From contig CALSCP010000364.1 in the NCBI GenBank assembly GCA_943704425.1, forward strand, positions 1-64,000: a stretch of 64,000 nucleotides of DNA, in the 5' to 3' direction. This document shows, one piece after another, positions 1-13,336 of the stretch. The notes under the pieces are model-generated. The model was given only the letters and a program-made list of their open reading frames with translations. It had not been told where the DNA came from and did not search any database. The position numbers were made by a program, and so were the translations under genes. This stretch comes from Ministeria vibrans ATCC 50519 (lineage: Eukaryota > Protista > Filasterea). Within the stretch, counting starts at the first letter, position 1. The number at the start of each line of letters is the position of its first letter.

Positions 1-1045
1 GGATCGGTGGTCGGCGGCGGCAAGTCCAGGTGGCTGCGGGGCGCTCCCGTGGTACACAGGCGGGGCGGGTCGGCTGTAGGGCGGCTGGTGTGCTTGTTGT
101 CGTGACTGTATGTTAGTGGGCTAATGGGTTGGCGGCGTTTGTTGAACTGGCTGCCGTCTGTTGAAGTTGAGCTGGGGTCGCTGCGCTTTCTTCCAACTTT
201 CTTCCTCCTCTCCTATTTTTTTTTTTTTTTTTTTTTCGCAGAGCGCGCATTCTGCATAGTGTGGGGCCGTGGCCCGTTTGGGGCCACTCGGGCCATACCG
301 TATGGGTACCGAGGTGTCTGGTGGGTCGCCGCAGGGAGTGCAGCTCGTCCATCAGACTTGCAAAGAGTGGCAAACAAGGGCGTTACTCCTGTCGCCTTTG
401 CTCTGGTCCGGCGGCCTCAGCTCTCGCCGCCTGGTGACCGTTGCATGACATCCCTGGGGCCAGTTCGTCGAGTTCCTCCTCTGCGGCGGGCCGCCGCTTT
501 CCTTCTCTTTTTTCAAATTTTTCAAACTCTGTCCTTCGTCGCTGCAGCAGAGCGCCGGTCGTTGAGACTGTTGGAGCGCCGATCGACTTGATCGAGTGGG
601 CGGTGCAAAGCTGCTGGAGGGGCGGTTGCGAGCGACTGACGGCTCAATTGAGAAATTTGAAATCTGGAAGCGTTGTTGGCCTGCAGTTGCAAGGCGAAGG
701 TCACGCCCGCGTCCCGCGGGACGCCAACGCGTGCTTACAGAAGTCGGACAGGGTGGCTCGGGCAGAGGAAGGCATTAATAGAATAATTTAATACAAGATT
801 AAGAAGTTTGACTACTACGGCTGAAGGAGTTGTTGACACGTCGGAGGATGAACCTGAGGAACGACACAATAAGGAGTGAGACAATGTCACAATGAACAAT
901 CCGGACAGTTGGGGTATATAGTCGATCGTCTACTATATTCGCCCATACGTCATGATTCATAGAGGAGGGAACACGGAAAGTGCTCCAAAACAAACACCAT
1001 CGAGTTTGACTTTTATTATTTGACAATCACACTGTTATTATTAGA

Positions 1046-2159
1046 ATGCTACCGTCACTGCTGATACGAACGCTGGCGAGTGCAAAGGCGATGAGTCGCG
1101 CCACCAGTGCGCGCAGTGCGTTGATCCAACGAGTATCGTCGGCGTGGCGCACCCCACCGACGAAAATGATGAGTTCGGTTTCGCGTCGAATTGTCGCCAG
1201 TCGTGACGAGAATTCCGCCAAAGTGGTTGTCTACAGCATCATTGGTCTGAACACTGTTGTATATGGTGGCTGGATGTATGGTCGCGAGCGGTTTCGGCAG
1301 TGGCAGGACGCCAGTCTGTTGAACTTTCTGCAGACCAACTTTGTCACGTCTGTGCCTCACGTACTGAGCGGCCGCGTCCACACGATGCTGACGTGTGCCT
1401 TCAGTCATCAGTCGTTGGTTCATTACGGCATCAACATGCTTGTCCTGTACAGCGTTGGGTTACCGGTGGCCCAAGCGATTGGAGCCGTCTCGTTTGTCGG
1501 CATGTACGCGACGGCCGCCGTCGCAGCCAGTCTCGCCCACTGCGCATTCTACACCAAGCTGGCGCCACCATCGCAGCGCAACACTCTTGCTATTGGCGCC
1601 AGTGGTGCAGTCATGGCATCTGCGGCTCTTTTTGCCGGTCTCTTTCCGCAGGCGGAGTTTCTCATTCTCTTTGTCATTCCGGGTATGCGTCGCGTTGTTT
1701 TTTTTTTTTTTTTTTTTTTTTTGTGGTGTGGTGTGGTGTGGGGTGGGGTGTGTATGTGTGTTTGTGTATATGAGTAGGTGTTGTGTATACGTGTATGTGT
1801 TGTGTGTATGAGTAGGTGTTGTGTGTGTGTGTGTACGAGTGTTGTGTATGTGTCTTTTTGTTAATGTATATATATATATATATATATGTGTATGTATGTG
1901 CGTCTTTGTGGTGTATAGTATGTGTATGTCTTTGTGGTACGTGTGTGTGTATCTGTGTGTTGTTCTAGTGTTGTTGCTGACAATCGTTTTCTCTCGTGCA
2001 GTGAAAGCGCGCATTGCCTGCGGTCTCTTTGTTGCTTACGATCTGTACACGGCGAATCGTCAGCGACAAGGTCGCTCCCAGATTGACGGTGCTGCTCATC
2101 TAGGGGGCCTTGCCGTGGGCATTTTGTACTATCTCAAATTTCGGCGGGGTGGACACTAA
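1046..2159 (+). CDS. PARL/Pcp1-like mitochondrial rhomboid protease (2 exons: ~1046-1682, ~2002-2159)
   Basis: Arg/Ser-rich presequence-like N-terminus; FSHQSLVHYGINM; catalytic Ser motif GASG; exon 2 has GAAHLGGL (catalytic His); GT..AG intron filled with GT/AT repeats. Confidence 0.85.
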
Positions 2160-2776
2160 ATTTTTCTTGTAAACCATAATAACTATTTCATTATCCCGTA
2201 AATTTCATGCATGTACAACGCACATTTCGAGTGGCGGAACAGCAGGAGAATGCATGATGTCTTTATTAACTCTTGCGGAGAGACTCGGAAGTATCTAGTC
2301 GGTCTCAGTTCCCTGGGAGTGAATTGTGAGTGAATTCGATCGCTCAGCGAATCGCAAACTTGTCATTTTTCAACTCATCTCAAATTCTCAAATGACAAAT
2401 CTCAATCGGCCTTTTTTTTTTGTCGTCTCAGGCCTTACAGGTACGCGTCTGTTCGTGAACCACTGCGCCACGGCTCTTGGTTGCGTGATCCCAACGACAA
2501 CAAGCGAACACGTTTCGTTTTTTGTCCTCCTCCTCATCTCTGCCCTTTTGTCTCGACTCGCTCTCTCCCTCTCCCTCCCGCCACACCAACACCGCGCCTC
2601 TCTACTAACACACCTCTACGTCTTCGTCCTCTCTTCCCCTCCGCCTCCCTCTCTCTCTCCCTCTCGTGTGTCTCGTCTCTTTCCTTCTCTCATATGGTCC
2701 ATTTTCCGTGTCGTCTCTCACGCCTCACCAACGCTTCCTTCTCGCCTGATTTACGCCCTTTCCAACCACAGACGTC

Positions 2777-4209
<1,433 letters not shown>

Positions 4210-4390
4210 ACGACTGGCTATTGTGCAAAATGAAATGTTTCTATTTCCCAAAAAAAAAACAAAAAAGTAGTTTCCACTCTCTCTCTCTCACTGTCTCTCT
4301 TCTCTTTATCACTTTGATTCTTTCTCCCTCCTCTTTCTCTCTATCACTTTATTTCTCCCTCCTCTTTCTCTCTATCACTTTGTTTCTCCC

Positions 4391-4395
<5 letters not shown>

Positions 4396-4484
<89 letters not shown>
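4396..4484. repeat. (CT)n microsatellite
   Basis: Visible perfect dinucleotide run downstream of RPL11. Confidence 0.95.
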
Positions 4485-4486
<2 letters not shown>

Positions 4487-4657
4487 ACGATCCTGATGTT
4501 TAGAAAGTGTGTTTGATTTTTGAGCTGTGTGTGCGTGTGGTCGCTTTCGCTTGTGATTGCTCGAATTGGAAATGTTTATCATGAGCCATTTTTATTAAGA
4601 CTATTTTCACATTTTGATAATAGTATTATAATATTAATTTGAGATTTATAGTGCAGT

Positions 4658-5181
4658 ATGACATCCCAATCGTCTCCTACACTCTGGGCGCTCGACAACG
4701 AACACGCCGCCGTCCTGTTCCAAGCGCAACTTTTACACATTGTGAATCGTCTTCGCGAAACCCGCGAGCACTCGGGCCCTTTTCTGCAGCGCGTCACTCG
4801 CAAAGAGGCTCCCGACTACCATTTGTTTGTGAAGGAGCCAATGGATTTGGGAACGATGCTGCGAAGCGTCCGCAGCGGCGCATACACCTCCTTGGTCGAC
4901 TTTGAGCACGACCTTCGCCTGATTTTCTCCAACTGTCGCCTCTACAACGACGCCCAGTCCTCCTTTTGCGCCCATGCACAGGCCCTTGAGTCTCTTGCCG
5001 ACTCACTCTTCTTGGCCTTCCCCCCGATTCGAATTTTGCCGAGTGACGTGGATGACGCGTAAGGAACAATAACAATCAGATTGTTCTCACATCTCCTCAT
5101 CTCGGGCTTGCCACTTTCGTTAGGGAGAGGCTGACGTCACAAGTGGCCCGGACTGAACAACAACCTGTGGTGATGGAATAG
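4658..5181 (+). CDS. Small bromodomain-only protein, Spt7-like bromodomain (ORF ends at 5062 unspliced, or at 5181 via intron 5059-5123)
   Basis: HSGPFLQRVTRKEAPDYHLFVKEPMDLGTM...IFSNCRLYN matches the bromodomain consensus including the conserved YN. Confidence 0.8.
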
Positions 5182-5399
5182 GAAGGAGCGCGCTGGATAG
5201 GAGATGTGTGGTCTGCGTGAGCCTATGTGGTAATGCGGAGTTACAGCGAGAGAGCAACCCTCTGCACGACGCCGCGCCACGACCCGACTCACGTGACAGT
5301 TGAGACATGAGCCTGAAATTCGCTTACTTTAGCACATCAGCTGCCACAACGAGGTGTGGTATCGTCACTACCACCAACACAGCCGGACTCACGGTTCCA

Positions 5400-5520
5400 A
5401 CACGACCCTTGTGCTCGAGAAACACGGAGACTACAGTCGTGCTCAGCCTCTAGAGTACTACGAGCATGCCCTGTCCATCTTTAGCCATGCTGTTGAAGGA
5501 CTTGCAGCCAAACACCCTCT
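5400..5520 (+). pseudogene. Isolated TPR-like fragment (kinesin-light-chain/TPR_12 style)
   Basis: LVLEKHGDYSRAQPLEYYEHALSIFSHAVEGLAAKHP resembles one G(D/E)Y..A.EYY..AL.I...HP repeat; no convincing start codon or continuation. Confidence 0.4.
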
Positions 5521-5950
5521 CTGTGGTGGCCACCCTAACCCTCCGTGTGTGTATATTTTGTTTGTTTTGCATTACAATAGTTATTTTACAAGTTCCAGTT
5601 GTTTGTTGCTGTAGATGATTCGGTACAACAAACGACAAAGACTAAGGGGGGAGTGCAGACAAAAAGAAGCGAGTGGAGAGGGGAATGGTGAGATGGGGCT
5701 GATGTGTGTTGAAGGTGCAAATCCAAAGGATACGAGCAACTGTCTTTCCTCTCTTGATCCTTCCCACAAGAGCGACGGATCAACTGGGTCCGTTACCAAG
5801 TCGGTCGTAGCCCAGTATGCCGCATTCACACAACTCATTGTTTGTCATTTCCTTTCAAATCACACTGACCGATCAGTCAGTCAGACTCAACTGTCATCAT
5901 AACTATATTCTCTCCTCTTACCCGTCTCTTCCCCCAACCGTCCGTCTACC

Positions 5951-8900
5951 ATGGCCTTGCCAAACGAACCCCGTTTGGCCACGGCGCAGGTATCAGATCA
6001 TCTATCAAAATCGATAGAATTATATTTTTATATATATACTATATAAAAAAAAAAAAAAAAAAAAAAAACATATGTGCTATGCGTAAGTGCTCATAGCAAG
6101 GTGGAAAAGAAACGAACGCGACCAGCACATCCGCGTGTTTGACCTCTCAAGCTCACTGTGGCCTCTTCGCCTTGCAGATTCAACAAATCAACTTTGGTAT
6201 GTACTCGGGTGACGAGGTTAGGGCCCTGAGCGTCAAGCGCATCGTGCACGGCGGCCTGTTCAACACGCTAGGGCGTCCTCTCGACGGCGGCCTCTACGAC
6301 CCGGCTTTCGGACCGCTCAACGTACGTCTCTCCTTCCCCCTTTTTGGCGCCTCTTCAAGCGTCGCGGCTTCCTCTCGTCGCTTCCACCCTCTCCATTCTA
6401 CTTCTCTCTCTCCATCGCGCGTCCGATGCTTCGCATTCAATGCTATTTTTTTGTTTCGTTTGCGCGCAGGAAGACGAACTGTGCAAAACTTGTGCACTCG
6501 GTCCGACGCACTGTCCGGGGCACAGTGGCCACATTGAGCTTGCGCTGCCCGTCTACAACCCGCTCTTTATCGAAGAGATCCTCAGACTTGTGCGTGCCTC
6601 CTGTCTCTACTGCCATCACCTGAAAATTGGTGAGTTGCGGGCGCATGCTTGCGTTGGCGTGCTGCGCATCCTCGAACACGGACTGCTCCCGCCCGAAATC
6701 GAGGAGATCACCAACTTTGCCTACGACGCGTTTCTCATCGACTCGCGACGCGACGGCGACACGCAAACCCTCTTGCAACAGGCGCGCAACGCACTTCCCG
6801 CGGATCGTTTTGCACACGTCGATTCGCTCGTGGACCGTGCCCTGCGCAACGCTGGCGTCCTCTACACCAACGCGGCGGATGGACGGGACATTGAGCGTCC
6901 CGCACGTCCCTCCAACCTCACAGTGCACATCCTCGAGCAACGCATGGCCGTCATTGACAGCTTTCTCAAGGCGTCCATGGGTCGCTCGGCGTGCGCCAAT
7001 TGTGGGGCGCGCTGCGCCAAAGTCAACCGCGACACGGGTCGTGGCAAGTCGTCCAACTTCTTTGTTATGCCCCTCTCCAAGCAACAGTACGACAAGAATG
7101 CGGCGCGGTCGCTCGAGCGTCCATCACTCGCCCGCACACCCGCTCAGAATGTCGCAGCGGCCATCGCAGCTGCAGAGCATGAGCAGCACCGCGATAGTGA
7201 TCGCGAGAGCGAGAGTGACAGCGCTGAAGACTCGGATGACCCCACGACCGCACCGACACCACTACCGACGGCAGTGGTGGTGGCACACGACAAGGACGAC
7301 GACTCATCGTCCATCGACACGGCCGATCTGTACAGCGACGACGACGGAGAGGAGGAGACCGTCGCGACTGGGACCACTGCGGCTGCGGCTGCGGCTGCTG
7401 CAGCGACGGCCGTCGCCGAGGAGGAGGCAGCGTTGCCAGACGACCGACGTCGTCACTTTCTCACGCCCATGGAAGTGTTCAACTTGTTCAATGGGCTGTG
7501 GGAGCACCATGGCGCACTCCTTACGTACACGTACGGTTCGGTCAAGCTGGGCGACGTGGCGCGCGCCGCGAGCCCTGCTCAGTTCTTCCTTGACGTCGTT
7601 CCCGTTGCGCCCTCTCGCTTTCGCCCGACCAACGTCGTCGGCGGCATGACTATGGAGTCGCCACAGAACACACATTTGCGTCAGGTGATCAAGGCCAATG
7701 AGTCGCTTATGCGCTTCTGTGCGGGCGATGGCTCGGCCGCGGCAGCAGCAGCAGCGGCGGCAGCGCAACGCACCGGCTCGGCCGAAAGTTCGGCGGGAGT
7801 CATTGTGTCGGCGTGGATGCGCTTGCAGCTGGCCGTCTGTGTGGTGTTCGACTCGACGCAACACGCACAGTACCGGCCGGGCGCGACAGTCGATCGTATA
7901 CCGCCGGGGATGCGCCAGCTCATCGAGAAGAAGGAGGGTCTTGTGCGCATGAACATGATGGGCAAGCGTGTCAACTACGCGGCACGCACCGTCATTTCGC
8001 CGGATGTCATGATCGACTCGAGCGAAGTGGGCGTGCCCACTTTCTTTGCCAAGGGCCTCACTTTTGATGAGCCCGTCTCTGCATCCAACGTCGACCGCCT
8101 GCGTCAGGCCGTCATCAACGGCAAGAAGTGGCCCGGCGCCGCGTCGGTGCGCTACGAAAACGGCACCGTCACCGACCTGACCATGCTGTCGCCCGAAAAT
8201 CGCGCTGCAATTGCCGATCAGCTGCTTGCACCCGTGCTTGTGTCGGGTGAGGTCGACACGGCTCGTCATCCGTCAGCCAGCGCCGGTCGCAAGGTTGTGT
8301 CGCGTCATCTCAAGGATGGCGACTGGGTCCTCATGAATCGTCAGCCGACGCTCCATCGTCCCTCCATCATGGCTCATCGCGTGCGCATTCTCAAGGGCGA
8401 GCGCACCTTCCGTCTCCACTATGCCAACTGCAAGACGTACAACGCCGACTTTGACGGCGACGAAATGAACATGCACTTTCCGCAAAACTACGTGGCGGTT
8501 GCCGAGGCAATGGAACTCGTCGCCACGCGACATCACTACGTGACGGCCACGTCAGGCGAGCCCTTGCGCGGTCTTATTCAGGACCATGTTGTCGCGGGTG
8601 TCACTCTCTGCGCACGCAACACCTTCCTCTCGCGCGACCAGATTTTTCAGCTTGTCTACGCGGGCGTTGCACGCTACCTCGGCCCGTCGCAGGCGGTGCG
8701 TCTTGCTGCACCCACCATTTTGCGCCCAGAGCCCCTTTGGACCGGCAAGCAGGTGATCTCGTCGCTGTTGCTCAACCTGACTCCCGTGGGCCGTCCGCCT
8801 CTCAACATGGAGGGCAAGACCAAGGTGCCCGGTAGCGCCTGGGGACCCGGCGACCCCTGCGAAGACGATAAGATGCTGGTGCGCCAGAACCACATGCTGC

Positions 8901-11643
8901 TCGGGGTCATTGACAAGTCCCAGGTGGGCTCTACCTCGTACAGTCTGGTCCACTGCGTCGGCGAGCTGTACGGCTACGATGCGGCCGATCGCCTTCTCTC
9001 TGCGTTTGGGCGCATCTTCACGCTCTACCTTCAAATGACGCGCGGCTTTACCCTCGGCGTGCGCGACCTCATCGTCACTCCGGACGCCGACCGCAAGCGT
9101 CTCGACCTCATGGCTAGCACCAATTCCAACGGAGTTGAGGGTGCTGCCCAGTTTGTCGGTCAGGCGGTTCCCAAAAGCCCCGCCGATGCGGCACTGCTCG
9201 ACGAGAATCTGCGACGTGTGCTCACCGACGACACTGAGGCGGCGCGACTCGACGCTGTCATGAGCAGTCGTCTGGGCAAGCTCCACTCGAGTGTTATTGG
9301 CGCGTGCTTTCCGGCCGGCCTGGCCGTCGCCTTCCCACACAACAATCTCTCGCTCATGGTGGTGACCGGCGCTAAAGGATCGCCCGTCAATTTCTCGCAG
9401 ATTTCGGCGGCTCTTGGACAGCAGGCGCTTGAGGGACGTCGCGTGCCGGTTATGGCGAGCGGTCGCACGCTACCCTCTTTTCGTCCGTACGACCCGGCGC
9501 CGCGTGCCGGTGGCTACATTGGCATGCGATTTTTGACGGGCATTGCTCCACAAGAGTACTTCTTCCATTGCATGGCGGGACGCGAAGGACTCATCGACAC
9601 GGCTGTCAAGACAAGTCGGTCGGGCTACCTCCAGCGATCGCTCATCAAGTTCCTCGAGGGTCTCACAGTTCAATACGATCTGACGGTGCGCGACACAGAC
9701 GGCTGCGTCGTGCAGTTTATGTACGGTGAGGACGGCATCGACCCGACGCGCACCAAGTTTCTTTTTGACCAGCTGGCGTTCTCGGTGAGCAACCACGACG
9801 CGCTTTTTGCCAAGCTTAACCCGGCGGCGGCACAGCGTGCGCTCTCGGCCGACAAGGCAACGTCTCGCATGCGCAAGGCGATGCGCAACCCAGCCAAGTA
9901 CGGTCCAGTGCTGTGCGACCTGTCGCCCACCAACCATCTGGGCTGTACCAGCGAAACGTTTCATCGCATCGTCGAGGATTACATCCGCGACGACCCCCAG
10001 CGTCTCTTTGCCCGTCAGCTTGCCTCTCCCGATGCCTTCCGTGTGCTTTCTTGGTTCCGCTACCGTGCTGCCCTTGTGCAACCAGGCGAGGCAGTTGGTG
10101 TGCTTGCCGGCCAGGGCGTAGGCGAGCCCAGTACTCAAATGACCCTCAACAGTACGCGACATTTTTTTTTTTGTTTGTTTTTGTTTTTTATATATATATA
10201 TTTTATCTACTTAATTGATCGTGTAACTTTGTGTTTGTAGCATTCCATTTGGCTGGGTTTGGTGCTGCCAACGTGACACTGGGTATTCCACGTCTGCGTG
10301 AGATTCTAATGACAGCTAGCGATGTAATCAAGACGCCACTGATGAGTGCGCCGCTGCTGCCAACCATTGCCAGCTCAGACGCGCGTGCGACACAGCTCAC
10401 GCAGACACTCTCGCGCCATTACCTGTCCGATGTGCTTGAGCAAGTGACTGTCAACGAGACGCTTACCATGAGCGACTCGGGTGTCTGGAAGCGCGTGTAC
10501 ACAGTAAGAACACGAAAAAAATAAAGTCAGTGTGCGCATAGTGGCGAACTAATATATATATATATATATACTTTTTTTGTGCAGACACGCCTGGCACTGA
10601 TTGAATACGATGCACTGTGCAAGGTGTTTCCCGAGCGACTGATTGCGAGCGGAAAGGTTGCGCGACGTATTGGCATGGTATTCTTGCGACGACTGTTTCG
10701 AGTCGTGGAACAAGAGGTGTTCTCGAGTGAGATCGAGAAGAAGAAGAGTCGACGGGCGGCAGGAGGCGCTACCCCTGCGCGAGGGCCTGCGGGGATGTTT
10801 GTGGCGGCGTCAACGGGACGGGGAGGAACTGCGCCATGGAAGGGTGGGAAGAATAAGAAGAAGAAGGGAACAAAGAAGACAGGTTCGGGTGCGATGATGA
10901 TGGGTGGTGGTATGGAGGAAGGGACCGACGGGGAGAGTGATGGTGAAGGGGATGCGGGAGAAGCCGAGGAAGGGCGTGAGGGAGCGAAGAAACGACATGG
11001 CAATGATGACGATGGTGGAGACGATGAGGATGACGATGATGATAGGGATAGTGTGGCCACGGAGGACGATGATGAGAGTGATGGGGAGGAGGCTGGGCAG
11101 GGCGACGACGGCGACGACGACGACGACGATGATGATGATGATGCTGATGGTGATAATGATGGCGATGAAGAGGGGCGTGATGGCGATGATACTGGCAACG
11201 TTGGTGCCTCTACCAGTAGCAGTGATGTGGTGCGACTGAGCAAGGCTCTCAAAGCGCGCATGGTGGATGATTTCCTTGCGGCCTATCCGGCACTGCTCTC
11301 GGTTAACTTTGACCGCAAGCACTGTCAGTGGTTCGAGTTTGCCTTTGAGGTGGACGTCAAGTACCCGCATTTGCTGGTGTCGCGACTGGTTGATCAAGCG
11401 GCGCGCAAGTCGGTCGTGGCAGAGACTCCCGGGGTGCGCACGGCGGCCCTGGTACCCAACCTGACCCACAGTGATGGCACTCCGTACACCAACGTGCAGT
11501 GCGAGGGCGTCAATCTCTATGCCCTGTGGCGCTATGCGACTCTGCTTGATGTCGAGAAGCTGCAGACTAACGACATCAACTCGGTTCTGCGCATTTACGG
11601 TGGGTTGTGTGTGTGTGTGTATGTCTGTGTGTGTATGTATGTA

Positions 11644-11682
<39 letters not shown>

Positions 11683-12360
11683 GTGTGTGTCCTTGTGGTG
11701 TGTGTCCTTGTGGTGTGTCCTTGTGGTGTGTGTCCTTGTGGTGTGTGTTCTTGTGTGGTGTGTGTCCTTGTGTGGTGTGTGTCCTTGTGGTGTGTGTTCT
11801 GACTGTTTTTTATTTGTTGTTCTTGTTGCCTTAGGTGTTGAGGCGGCTCGCTCGTGTATTGTGCGCGAGATTCTGACCGTGTTCGGAGCGTATGGCATTA
11901 CGGTGGATCCACGTCATCTGCTGCTTGTCGCCGACTACATGACCTTTGAGGGCACAGTTCGGTACGTGTGTTATGAGATGAAGGCAATAATTGAAATGAT
12001 GATGCTGAATGGTTCATTCTTGAGTGCAGACCCTTCAGCCGACACCACATGGTGCGCAAGCCAACGCCACTGGGCAAGATGAGCTTTGAAACGACGTTTA
12101 CGTTTTTGCGCGATGCCGCTTGGTACGAGACACACTGAGATTGAGAGAAATAGGCACAGAGAGAAAGAAAGAGAGAGAGAGAAGAGACGACGGTGATATA
12201 TCCTTGAGTGAGAGACCTTCGTTTACTCTGTTTCGTTCTTTCTTTCTTTTGCAGTAAGGGCGAGCAGGACACGATGACGTCACCGTCGTCGCGCATTGTC
12301 ATTGGGCGCCCTCCCCGCGGCGGAACTGGCTGTTTCGATTTGCTTCAGCCGCTCTTTTGA
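5951..12360 (+). CDS. RPA1: DNA-directed RNA polymerase I largest subunit (A190), about 8 exons
   Basis: GGLYDP; [10 protein letters not shown] zinc ribbon; [17 protein letters not shown]; catalytic [11 protein letters not shown]; [17 protein letters not shown]; [16 protein letters not shown]; acidic insertion typical of Pol I; C-terminal [17 protein letters not shown]. Confidence 0.96.
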
Positions 12361-12489
12361 ATTACAAAAAAAGTTGAAAAAATGTACACTAGTTTCTTTT
12401 TTTATTATTATTGAGCGAGGCAGTGTGAAGGACACATACATACATTGTCATGCTAACATCGATATGGATGGAAGGGAGGAGGAGTTTGC

Positions 12490-13156
12490 TCAACATATGA
12501 GGGCTATTGCAGTGTTGCACAGAAGGATCCAGGTGAGGCCGCTGATGGCGCCCGACGCGCCCTCGCCCGTCGGGAAGGCAAGAAGGGGCGCGAGCGGTCC
12601 GGTCATGCCCACGGGCAAATGCGCCACAATGGACGCGCGGTAGAAGATGACGAGGAGCATGCGGGCGAGAATGATGACTCCCTTGAGCACCAAGTTGATC
12701 TGGCGCGTCGCCGTCTGCTGTGCCTTGTGGGTTTCGGCGACTAGACAGGCGCAGAGGGAGAAGGAGACGGCATGTGGTGAGGACATGATTGGGGTTGCGG
12801 GGTTCGCCAACGAGGTACCTGCCGACTTCAGGGTGCGCTCCAAGGCGAGGATGCGCCGCTGCAGGCGAGCGTGTCGCGCAAACTCGTCCTTGGCACTCAC
12901 TCCGTTGATCTCCCCTTGCAACGCCACCAGCTCTTTTCTTTTGGCCTCGGCAGCAACGCCTCCAGGCGTGTGTCCAAGAAAATACCGCAGTATCTACAAG
13001 GGAGGGGGTGCAGAGAGAGAGAGAGACAAAGAGACAGAGAGAGAGTCGCGTAAGAGGAAGCTGTCAAAACTATAACGAATTCCCTACAATTTTTTCCAGA
13101 GGTAGTCTGCTCAATACTTGAACGAGAGCGGTGACAAGGGCAATAAACAAGAGCAT
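12490..13156 (-). CDS. GET1: GET1/WRB tail-anchored protein insertion receptor
   Basis: N-terminal TM exon (MLLFIALVTALVQ); coiled coil with SAKDEFARHARLQRRI; C-terminal TMs with LLAFP..GAISGLTWILLC. Confidence 0.75.
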
Positions 13157-13336
13157 TTTGGAAGGAAACAAAAAACAAATGAGAATTCTCAAAATGACAA
13201 AATACAATAAATTAATATCGAACCTCAAGCATAAGCCTTCGTGAATGGAATGAGCACCTGATTATAATTGTGCAACACACAGCTCTCTCGACTCATCAAA
13301 AAGACTTATTGACTTAATTACATCACTTTCAATACT

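Noticed and set aside
5725-5733. GTATCCTTT on the minus strand, matching the U12 5' splice-site consensus
   Set aside because: No convincing TCCTTAAC branch site or host gene; a single 9-mer is expected by chance in 64 kb.
10850-11200. Long acidic/Gly insertion in RPA1 as a novelty or intein
   Set aside because: It corresponds to the known variable acidic region of the Pol I large subunit and has no intein motifs.
12255-12257. Apparent TAA at the start of the last RPA1 exon, suggesting readthrough or a variant genetic code
   Set aside because: Splice phase gives TG|T AAG (Cys-Lys); TAA, TAG and TGA all act as normal stops in this window.
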